Assembly: GCA_964537755.1 (NCBI GenBank)
Contig: CAZIAQ010000002.1
Span: 1 to 43,566, forward strand
Source: an uncultured Cytophagales bacterium
GTDB lineage: Bacteria; Bacteroidota; Bacteroidia; Cytophagales; Bernardetiaceae
DNA: 43,566 bases
Direction: 5' to 3'
In this document: one piece after another, positions 37,279 to 43,566 of the stretch
Layout: each line of letters opens with the position of its first letter
Numbering within the stretch: the first letter of the stretch is position 1
The notes under the pieces: generated by a model
Told to the model about the DNA's origin: nothing
Databases searched by the model: none
What the model saw: only the letters and a program-made list of their open reading frames with translations
Program-made: the position numbers and the translations under genes

Positions 37279-38065
37279 GCGATACCCGAGTAGGGATTTC
37301 TTTGCGTCCCAGGGTGCGTAGCATACGGGCTAAAGCATCGGTTTGTCCCGTGCTACCAAAACGATGTTGCGTTACTTCTTGGGGAGCTATCGCGTATCTC
37401 CAACGGCGGGCCACCTGACGAGCCACTGCCTCGGCTGGCTCCACAACCACGACCCCAGCAGGCAGCAACTCCTCCAGAGCCGGTATCAGAAAGGGATAAT
37501 GCGTACAGCCCAGTACCAGATGGTCGATCCTGTCCGAGAGCATGGGGGCTAGGTATTGCGCCAACAAAGCCATCGTTTGTGGGGTCTGGATATGACCAGC
37601 TTCTACACACTCCACCAGCCCATGCCCAATGCAGCTATGCACCGTTACGTGTTCAGCAAATCGGGCTTTGGTTTCCCGAAAAAGCCGGCCGTTGAGCGTG
37701 CCAGCCGTGGCCAGCAGTCCGATATGTCCCGTTTGGGTTTGAAGGACGGCAGGCTTAAGGGCCGGCTCCATACCCACGATGGGCATACGCCCCCCCCAAA
37801 TGTGCCGAAGCGTACCGATAGCAGCGGCGGTAGCGGTATTGCAGGCCACCACCAACAAACGGCAGCCCTGCCCGTAAAGGTATCTGGCAATAGCCAGACT
37901 GCGCTCGGCGATGCGTTCGGGGGACTTATCCCCGTAAGGGCAATACGCCTGATCGGCTAGATAGATCGTTGGCACCTCGGGCAGAAGCCGCTCAATGGCC
38001 CGCCATACGGACAGCCCTCCTACGCCCGAATCAAAGACCCCAATACAAGGGCGATGCTCATTCAT
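37253..38065 (-). CDS. murI: Glutamate racemase
   Basis: 270 aa with IGVFDSGVGGLSV (first catalytic Cys region), ACNTA and the second catalytic motif (GCTHYP). Its 3' end overlaps the convergent HK gene by 26 nt. Confidence 0.9.
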   Translation of the reverse strand: MNEHRPCIGVFDSGVGGLSVWRAIERLLPEVPTIYLADQAYCPYGDKSPERIAERSLAIARYLYGQGCRLLVVACNTATAAAIGTLRHIWGGRMPIVGMEPALKPAVLQTQTGHIGLLATAGTLNGRLFRETKARFAEHVTVHSCIGHGLVECVEAGHIQTPQTMALLAQYLAPMLSDRIDHLVLGCTHYPFLIPALEELLPAGVVVVEPAEAVARQVARRWRYAIAPQEVTQHRFGSTGQTDALARMLRTLGRKEIPTRVSLTRDGSAR

Positions 38066-38741
38066 AGAAGACCGCGATCTGGTCTAGGGGTTTTCGTTTG
38101 ATTTTCGGAACATAAACCTCCTCGGCAGGATAGCCTACGGGCAAGAGCAAAAACGGGCGTTCGTTGTGCGGGCGGTCCAGGACATCGGCCAAAAAACCCA
38201 TCGGGCTAGGCGTATGCGTAACCGTAACCAGCCCCGCATGATGGATCGCCTGGATGAGCATCCCGCAGGCCAGTCCTACCGATTCACTGACGTAGTAATT
38301 GTTGCGGCGTTGGGTGCCTTCCATCTCGAAGTTTCGCCGAAAAACCACGATGAGATAGGGGGCAATCTCCAGGAAGGGTTTTTCCCAGGAGGTACCGATG
38401 GGACGCAAGTCGTCGAGCCAGGTATCGGGCATCCGTTGTTGGTAGTTTTTGCGCTCTTCTTCTTCGGCGGCGGCCCGAATGCGGGCTTTGTAAGCCGGAT
38501 CAGCGACGACACAAAATGTCCAGGGTTGGCGGTTGGCACCCGAAGGAGCCGTAGAGGCCGTCAGGAGGATGTTTTCGATGACCGCACGCGGGATGGGTTT
38601 ATCCGAAAAAGTCCTGACGGTGCGGCGTTGATTTGCCTGATAATAAAAATCCTCCGTGCGCTGAATCATCTCCTCGGGGGTGTAAGTCTTAGCCGTATAG
38701 CGTTCGTGGGGATAGCCATCTATCCAGAGATCGGTTTCCAT
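38058..38741 (-). CDS. Nitroreductase-superfamily flavoprotein closely resembling iodotyrosine deiodinase (IYD, halotyrosine dehalogenase)
   Basis: 227 aa. The blocks are RRTVRTFSDKPIPRAVIENILLTASTAPSGANRQPWTFCVVADPAYKARI, EEEERKNYQQRM, LEIAPYLIVVFRR, NYYVSESVGLACGMLIQAIHHAGLVTVTHTP and LLLPVGYPAEEVYVPKIKRKPLDQIAVF. By recollection they align nearly block for block with human IYD, including the Glu/Tyr/Lys lid residues. An 8-nt overlap with the murI start. Confidence 0.7.
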   Translation of the reverse strand: METDLWIDGYPHERYTAKTYTPEEMIQRTEDFYYQANQRRTVRTFSDKPIPRAVIENILLTASTAPSGANRQPWTFCVVADPAYKARIRAAAEEEERKNYQQRMPDTWLDDLRPIGTSWEKPFLEIAPYLIVVFRRNFEMEGTQRRNNYYVSESVGLACGMLIQAIHHAGLVTVTHTPSPMGFLADVLDRPHNERPFLLLPVGYPAEEVYVPKIKRKPLDQIAVFYE

Positions 38742-38829
38742 GTCTTGGTTTGAATGGGTGGGTGATTAAGCAAATATAAAAAAAACAAATGGGTGTTGGT
38801 TGTCGGTAGATTTTGTACCTTGTCTTTTG

Positions 38830-39390
38830 ATGCTGGATCGCTTACGTGCCTTCGATGAAGCCCTCTTTTGTGCCTTGCACAGCCTACACCATCCGATGCT
38901 GGATGGCTTTATGGTTTGGGCGACGGGCAAATGGTCGTGGTTGCCGCTCTATGCCCTGTGGTTGGGACTTTTGGCCTGGCAGTATCGGGGACAAGTGTGG
39001 CGGGTATTACTCGTGTTGGTACTGCTGATTACGGCCACGGATCGGATCAGTTCGGGCTTGATGAAGCCGTTCTTTGGGCGGCTACGACCTTGCCATGAGC
39101 CACTACTCGACTGTTCCCTGGACTTGCTGACGGGCTGCGGCGGGCAATATGGTTTTGTTTCGTCTCATGCCGCCAACGCCTTTGGCGTAGCCATGCTGCT
39201 CTCCTTGCTGTGGCGACAAAAAATATCGGCCGTCCTGGGGCTTTTCTCTTGGGCGGTACTGGTGAGCTATACCCGTGTGTATGTGGGCGTGCATTACCCG
39301 GGCGATGTGCTGGGCGGTGCTTTGCTGGGCATCACACTGGGTGGGCTAGCGTATGGGCTGTTCAATAAAAGCGGATTAAAGCCGTCTTAG
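38830..39390 (+). CDS. PAP2-family phosphatase (undecaprenyl-diphosphatase / lipid phosphatase type)
   Basis: Start chosen at MLDRLRAFDE. The three PAP2 motifs are KPFFGRLRP, SSHAAN and RVYVGVHYPGDVLGG, and there are ~5 TM helices. Confidence 0.7.
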   Translation: MLDRLRAFDEALFCALHSLHHPMLDGFMVWATGKWSWLPLYALWLGLLAWQYRGQVWRVLLVLVLLITATDRISSGLMKPFFGRLRPCHEPLLDCSLDLLTGCGGQYGFVSSHAANAFGVAMLLSLLWRQKISAVLGLFSWAVLVSYTRVYVGVHYPGDVLGGALLGITLGGLAYGLFNKSGLKPS

Positions 39391-39399
39391 TGTTGTTGG

Positions 39400-40878
39400 C
39401 TAGTCTTCGTGGTGGGCGCGTTGCTCCAAAATCAATCGGGTACGCAGATCAAAAAGCTGGCGTTCAAGCCCTACGGGATACTCGTGGGGGTTGGTCAGTC
39501 GTCGGATGCTGCGGTGAAAGGTCTGGAGTTCGTCCTTGACGCGCTGCCTGCTCTGGTGCAGTGTCGGGAGATCATAGACGCATTGGCCGCGCGCAAAGAT
39601 GGGGGTTAGCAGATCGACCGAGCGCATTTTTTTCTTGATCTTTTTGCGACGGGTCATGTCCTTGGGGTCGATGATGAGATTTTTTTCGTCGGGGGGCATC
39701 GACTCCTCGTAGATCATATCGGCCACGGCAAGGCCATCTTCGTCATAAAACCGGCGGATGCGTTGCAAGCCCGGATTGGATATTTTGATCGCCTGCTCGG
39801 AGAGTTTGATCTTGGGTTTCCAGTCGCCCTTGGGTGGGCGGATGGCCGAAATTTTATAGACCCCCCCCAGGGCGGGCTGGTCATAGGCCGTGGTCAGTTT
39901 TGTGCCGATGCCCCAGACATTGATTTTGGCATCCTGCTGATGGAGGCTATTGATGAGGTATTCATCCAGATCGTTGCTGGCCACAATTTTGGTGTCTCCA
40001 AAACCGGCATCATCGAGGAGTTTTCGGGCTTCGATGCTCAGGTAGGCTAAGTCGCCGGAATCGAGGCGGATGCCGGCCATTTCGTGTCCTCGGGTACGCA
40101 TCTGCTGCCCTACCTTGATGGCCTCCCGCACACCCTCGAGGGTATCGTAGGTATCCACCAAAAAGATGCAGTTGTTGGGCATGGCTTCGGCGTAGCGGGT
40201 AAAGGCTTCGGCTTCCGAATCAAAGGACATGACCCAACTATGGGCGTGTGTTCCCTTGACGGGGATACCAAAGAGCTTGCCTGCCAGCACATTAGAAGTT
40301 GCCGCACAGCCACCCAGATAAGCTGCCCGGCTGGCGGCTAAGCCACCATCAATGCCTTGGGCCCGACGCAAACCAAACTCGAGGACGGGTTCATCCCCGG
40401 CTACCATACAAACGCGGGCGGCCTTGGTTGCGATCAGGCTCTGAAAGTTGATGATGTTCAGGAGGGGTGTCTCGATGAGCTGGGCCTCAATCAGCGATCC
40501 CGTTATGCGCAAGAGTGGCTCCTGCGGAAAAACGACCGATCCCTCCGGCACGGCTTCTACATCACAGGTAAAACGCATCCCTTGCAGATAATCCAAAAAA
40601 TCTTGCTCAAAAAGCGGTTTGCCATCACTACCCGTCTGCTGGGCCAGGAAGGCAACATCATCGGCTTCAAAGTGAAAATCACGTAGGTAGTCGATCACGT
40701 ACTCTAGCCCAGCGGCAATGGTAAAGCCGCCCTTAAAAGGAGCTTTCCGAAAAAAGAGATGAAAGGCCGCTTCATGGTCGCGCATACCGCTTTTCCAGTA
40801 GCCTTGAGCCATCGTGAGTTGGTAGAGATCGGTGAGCAGGGCTAGGTTGCTGCGGTAGAGCTGTTGGAGAATCTGCAT
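39400..40878 (-). CDS. pncB: Nicotinate phosphoribosyltransferase (eukaryote-like NAPRT type)
   Basis: 492 aa. LLTDLYQLTMAQGYWKSGMRDHEAAFHLFFRKAPFKGGF and EFGLRRAQGIDGGLAASRAAYLGG...GTHAHSWVMSF give a strong full-length NAPRT match. Confidence 0.85.
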   Translation of the reverse strand: MQILQQLYRSNLALLTDLYQLTMAQGYWKSGMRDHEAAFHLFFRKAPFKGGFTIAAGLEYVIDYLRDFHFEADDVAFLAQQTGSDGKPLFEQDFLDYLQGMRFTCDVEAVPEGSVVFPQEPLLRITGSLIEAQLIETPLLNIINFQSLIATKAARVCMVAGDEPVLEFGLRRAQGIDGGLAASRAAYLGGCAATSNVLAGKLFGIPVKGTHAHSWVMSFDSEAEAFTRYAEAMPNNCIFLVDTYDTLEGVREAIKVGQQMRTRGHEMAGIRLDSGDLAYLSIEARKLLDDAGFGDTKIVASNDLDEYLINSLHQQDAKINVWGIGTKLTTAYDQPALGGVYKISAIRPPKGDWKPKIKLSEQAIKISNPGLQRIRRFYDEDGLAVADMIYEESMPPDEKNLIIDPKDMTRRKKIKKKMRSVDLLTPIFARGQCVYDLPTLHQSRQRVKDELQTFHRSIRRLTNPHEYPVGLERQLFDLRTRLILEQRAHHED

Positions 40879-40919
40879 GATGTAAGTGTATTTTTTACAC
40901 CAAAGACGGAAAAAAAAAT

Positions 40920-42146
40920 CTAATCTCCAAACAAAGCGACATATTTTTTTGCGAGGGTCTCAAAAGTGCGGTTCTCGATCAGGAAGTCGTGGGCCCGTTG
41001 CCCCATCGCTTCTAACTCCTGGGGTGGCTTTTGGGCGTATGCCAATAGCTTATCTGCCAGGGCTTTGGGGTCTTCGGCCGGAACGGCTTCTCCGCATTGG
41101 GCTTCGTTGATGAGCGAGAGAAAACCGGAGTAGGAAGCCACGATGGGCTTGGCCGCGTACATGTAATCCATCCATTTGTTGCGGGAAAGTCCGTAGCGAT
41201 AAATGACCGTATCGGCGACACTATCATAAAGCAACTGACAATGCCGAAGGAAAGACTGGACGTAGGGTTTTTCGATGCGCGGCGCAAAGCTGATATTGGG
41301 CAGCCCTTCGGAGAGGGCCTCGAGTTCGGTCTTGAAGTCGCCATCACCCAGAAGAACGACGTGTATCTGGGGGTGATCCTGCAAAAGACGGGCGGCCTCC
41401 ACGATGGTATGCAGGCTGTTGGAACGCCCCAAAGCCCCGGCATACCCCACGACAAACTTACCCTTCGGGATATAGGTTTCGATGAACGCCTGATCTAGCT
41501 CCCGCTGTCCTTCGGTATAAAAACTCATCTGAATACCCTGCGGCATACAATACACGGGGGCAGCCTGCGGGCATACCTGGCGTACATGCTCCGCCAGGTT
41601 GGGCATCGTACCCACGATGGCATCCGCCTTGCGATAGCCAAACCGCTCCACCCACGCCAGGACGCGAATGAACGGATGGCCGGCCGAATACCCCCCCAAC
41701 TCCATCGCCGTCAGGGGCCAGATGTCCCGAATCTCGAAGATGAGCCGAGCGTTGTATTTTTTTTTGAGGCGATAGCCGTTCAGAATCGTCAGCAGGGAAA
41801 GCGAAGAAACAATGACCACATCGGGTTTGGGCAAGTGGCGCGTATCGAGGGTGAGCAGTTGCCACTCAAAGTGAAGCCAACTCAGGATACGCGCTAAGCC
41901 GCTGGCTGTCTGTGCCTGGAAAGTATTGAGCCAAATCGTCTCTACACCCTGGATGACCTCCCGAAAGGACTTTCCCCGAAACGTGGGCAGCTTACCTTTG
42001 GCTAAGTGATTGGCGTTTGAGGTAATGACGCATACGCGATGTCCCTCCTTTGCCCAGACTTCACCGTAGTAAAAGTGCCGCGTGCCAAAGAAATACTTGA
42101 TGGGGGTGGCGTATTTGGAGATGTACCAGATGTTTTTCTTTTCCAA
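40920..42146 (-). CDS. Glycosyltransferase family 4 (WbuB/WcaI-like)
   Basis: 408 aa with GT-B topology. The N-terminal acceptor domain is IWYISKYA...GHRVCVITS, and the C-terminal GT4 donor domain carries E-x7-E-like residues (EGLPNISFAPRIEKP...EAQCGEAVPAEDPKALADKL). Confidence 0.75.
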   Translation of the reverse strand: MEKKNIWYISKYATPIKYFFGTRHFYYGEVWAKEGHRVCVITSNANHLAKGKLPTFRGKSFREVIQGVETIWLNTFQAQTASGLARILSWLHFEWQLLTLDTRHLPKPDVVIVSSLSLLTILNGYRLKKKYNARLIFEIRDIWPLTAMELGGYSAGHPFIRVLAWVERFGYRKADAIVGTMPNLAEHVRQVCPQAAPVYCMPQGIQMSFYTEGQRELDQAFIETYIPKGKFVVGYAGALGRSNSLHTIVEAARLLQDHPQIHVVLLGDGDFKTELEALSEGLPNISFAPRIEKPYVQSFLRHCQLLYDSVADTVIYRYGLSRNKWMDYMYAAKPIVASYSGFLSLINEAQCGEAVPAEDPKALADKLLAYAQKPPQELEAMGQRAHDFLIENRTFETLAKKYVALFGD

Positions 42147-42180
42147 GGCGACAAGAAGTTTGAAGATGGCTCACCGACCC

Positions 42181-42244
42181 AAAAAAACGCCTGCCATCAT
42201 CTGTGCTGGCATTGCGCGCAAACAAGGGCAGGATGTTTTTTTTT
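42181..42244. terminator. Bidirectional intrinsic-terminator-like hairpin between degT-like and the GT4 gene
   Basis: A7 run (42181-42187), then stem CCTGCC (42190-42195) ... GGCAGG (42227-42232) with an internal palindrome TTGCGCGCAA in the loop, then T9 (42236-42244). On the minus strand the hairpin is followed by CGUUUUUUUGGG. Confidence 0.4.
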
Positions 42245-43340
42245 AAAAGAAGCTACGGATTTGATCCGTTACGTAGTTCACCTGCTGCTCCGTCATTTCG
42301 GGGAAGATGGGCAGGGAAACTTCTCTGTTTTGGAGATCAAAGGCGTTGGGGTAGTCTTCGGGCTGGGCTTTTTGGTGGGCGTAAGCGGGCATAAAGGGCA
42401 TGGCGTTGGGGTAATGTACCTGCGTGGCGATGCCTTTGGATTGAAGAAACTCCTGAAAAGGCGCACGCTCGGGAACCTTAACGGCGAAGACGTGGAAGCT
42501 GTGTTCGCTTTTGGGACGAATCAAGGGGAGTTCTAGCTGGGCAATATCCGATAGCTGCTCCATGTACTGATGGGCTACCTGCTGGCGGGCGGCCGTCCAG
42601 TGGAGGATATGGGGTAGCTTGACGTTCAAGACGGCTGCTTGTAAGCCATCGAGGCGGCTGTTGATGCCTTCGATTTCGTGGTGGTGCTTGACCAGGGCCC
42701 CGTGGTTGGCATATCGCTTACAGGCGGTGGCCAGGGCTTCATCGTTGGTAATCAGGCATCCTGCGTCGCCATAAGCCCCGAGGTTTTTGCCTGGATAAAA
42801 GCTAAACGTAGCCACATCGCCCCAAAGTCCGGCGCGTTTGCCGTGAAGTTCGGAGAAATGGCTCTGGGCGCAGTCCTCGATGACCTTGAGATTGTGCTGC
42901 TGGGCAATGGCCATGATCTGTTCCATGTCTGCCATCTGTCCGTAGAGGTGTACGGGGATGATGGCCTTGGTGCGGGGCGTGATCTTGGCTTCGATGGCAG
43001 CCGCATCTAGGGTGTGGTACTCGTCTGCATCCACAAAAACGGGCGTAGCACCGGTCTGGCTGATGGTTTCGGAGGTCGAAATCCAGGACATGGCCGTCGT
43101 GATGACCTCATCGCCCGCTCCAATGCCCAGCATCCGCATCGCAATATAGAGCGCATCGGTTCCATTGGCACAAGGGACACAGTGCTTTACACCATAGGTC
43201 TGGGCAAAGTTTTCGGCAAAGCTACTCACGTGGCTTCCGCCAATGAAAGCGGTATTTTCGAGGACGTCGGCAATGGCGGCATCCATCTCGGGTTTGAGGC
43301 TGTGGTATTGTGCCTTCAGATCAACAAAGGGGATATTCAT
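42243..43340 (-). CDS. DegT/DnrJ/EryC1/StrS family PLP-dependent sugar aminotransferase (PglE/WecE-like)
   Basis: 365 aa with MNIPFVDLKAQYHSLKPEMDAAI...HCVPCANGTDAL. The PLP-lysine region is FSFYPGKNLGAYGDAG, typical of nucleotide-sugar 4-aminotransferases. Confidence 0.85.
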   Translation of the reverse strand: MNIPFVDLKAQYHSLKPEMDAAIADVLENTAFIGGSHVSSFAENFAQTYGVKHCVPCANGTDALYIAMRMLGIGAGDEVITTAMSWISTSETISQTGATPVFVDADEYHTLDAAAIEAKITPRTKAIIPVHLYGQMADMEQIMAIAQQHNLKVIEDCAQSHFSELHGKRAGLWGDVATFSFYPGKNLGAYGDAGCLITNDEALATACKRYANHGALVKHHHEIEGINSRLDGLQAAVLNVKLPHILHWTAARQQVAHQYMEQLSDIAQLELPLIRPKSEHSFHVFAVKVPERAPFQEFLQSKGIATQVHYPNAMPFMPAYAHQKAQPEDYPNAFDLQNREVSLPIFPEMTEQQVNYVTDQIRSFF

Positions 43341-43342
43341 GG

Positions 43343-43566
43343 TTAGGATAATTTTTTGGCCGGGTTGCCCACATAGACCCCCGGCTCCGTAATATCTTTG
43401 GTAACAACAGCCCCCGCACCAATCACGACGTGATCGCAGATACGGACGGGCAAGATGGTGGCATTGCTGCCAATAGAAACATGATCGCCGATCGTGGTGG
43501 ACTTCCAGAGGCTCTGGTCGCCTCCCGCAGGGCCGCCTTTGGCAAAGGTATCGTTGATGAACATCA
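43343..43566 (-). CDS. Left-handed beta-helix (hexapeptide-repeat) sugar N-acetyltransferase, PglD/WbbJ-like. The C-terminal part only; the N-terminus lies beyond the window end.
   Basis: Hexapeptide repeats IGDHVSIGSNATI...ICDHVVIGAGAVVTKDITEPGVYVGNPAKKL resemble the PglD C-terminus. The stop is 2 nt upstream of the degT-like start. Confidence 0.6.
   Translation of the reverse strand, partial: MFINDTFAKGGPAGGDQSLWKSTTIGDHVSIGSNATILPVRICDHVVIGAGAVVTKDITEPGVYVGNPAKKLS

Noticed and set aside
42212-42221. The TTGCGCGCAA perfect palindrome as a stand-alone regulatory operator
   Set aside because: It sits inside the loop of the larger terminator-like hairpin and there is no second copy in the window. 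It is reported only as part of that element.
1-43566. CRISPR arrays, IS elements/transposases, integrases, tRNA/rRNA genes
   Set aside because: I saw no regularly spaced direct repeats, no transposase or integrase-like ORFs, and no intergenic region longer than ~265 bp that could hold a tRNA with recognisable cloverleaf features. A tRNAscan/Infernal run would be needed to exclude small ncRNAs.

Overview
This is a 43.6-kb chromosomal segment, roughly 55% GC, that reads as a Bacteroidota core-genome region. I found no mobile elements, CRISPR arrays, tRNAs or rRNAs, though I checked the short intergenic spacers only by eye. Gene density is very high, with about 45 CDSs; many have 1-25-nt start/stop overlaps and most intergenic spacers are under 100 bp. 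Assignments come from motif and family recognition on the supplied six-frame translations, not from searches. I trusted the ORF-track coordinates, and internal start choices are computed from codon index.

Genes called on the plus strand:
- an RlpA-like lytic transglycosylase with SPOR domains at both ends
- glyA (SHMT)
- lepA (EF4)
- an acidic small ORF
- an L,D-transpeptidase-like lipoprotein
- glutaryl-CoA dehydrogenase
- a DUF2807 'head GIN' repeat protein
- a DUF2892 small membrane protein
- an 831-aa PIG-L/LmbE deacetylase
- a transaldolase/FSA
- an orphan GltD-like Fe-S flavoprotein that overlaps a REC-HisKA-HATPase hybrid kinase
- a PAP2 phosphatase

Genes called on the minus strand:
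- a UPF0104/MprF-flippase-like membrane protein
- Bcp peroxiredoxin
- a GNAT/carbon-nitrogen hydrolase fusion
- rpoD
- nqrABCDE without nqrF, ending in a clear intrinsic terminator
- truA, murE and pepA as an overlapping chain
- an AEC transporter
- an M23 peptidase
- crcB
- clpS
- a secreted protein built from four tandem ~90-aa repeats
- a CNNM/CorC GldE-like protein
- ssb
- mutY
- a 3-hydroxyacyl-CoA dehydrogenase
- a TPR secreted protein
- murI
- a nitroreductase-fold protein that aligns well with iodotyrosine deiodinase (IYD)
- pncB
- the start of a polysaccharide locus: GT4, a DegT aminotransferase and an LbH acetyltransferase that runs off the window

I could not identify a single obvious novel system. 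The observations most worth follow-up are:
- the IYD-like dehalogenase translationally coupled to murI
- the orphan GltD-like oxidoreductase overlapping a sensor-less hybrid kinase
- the four-repeat secreted protein sitting where gldD usually follows gldE
- the nqr operon that terminates after nqrE
- a strongly acidic small protein downstream of lepA
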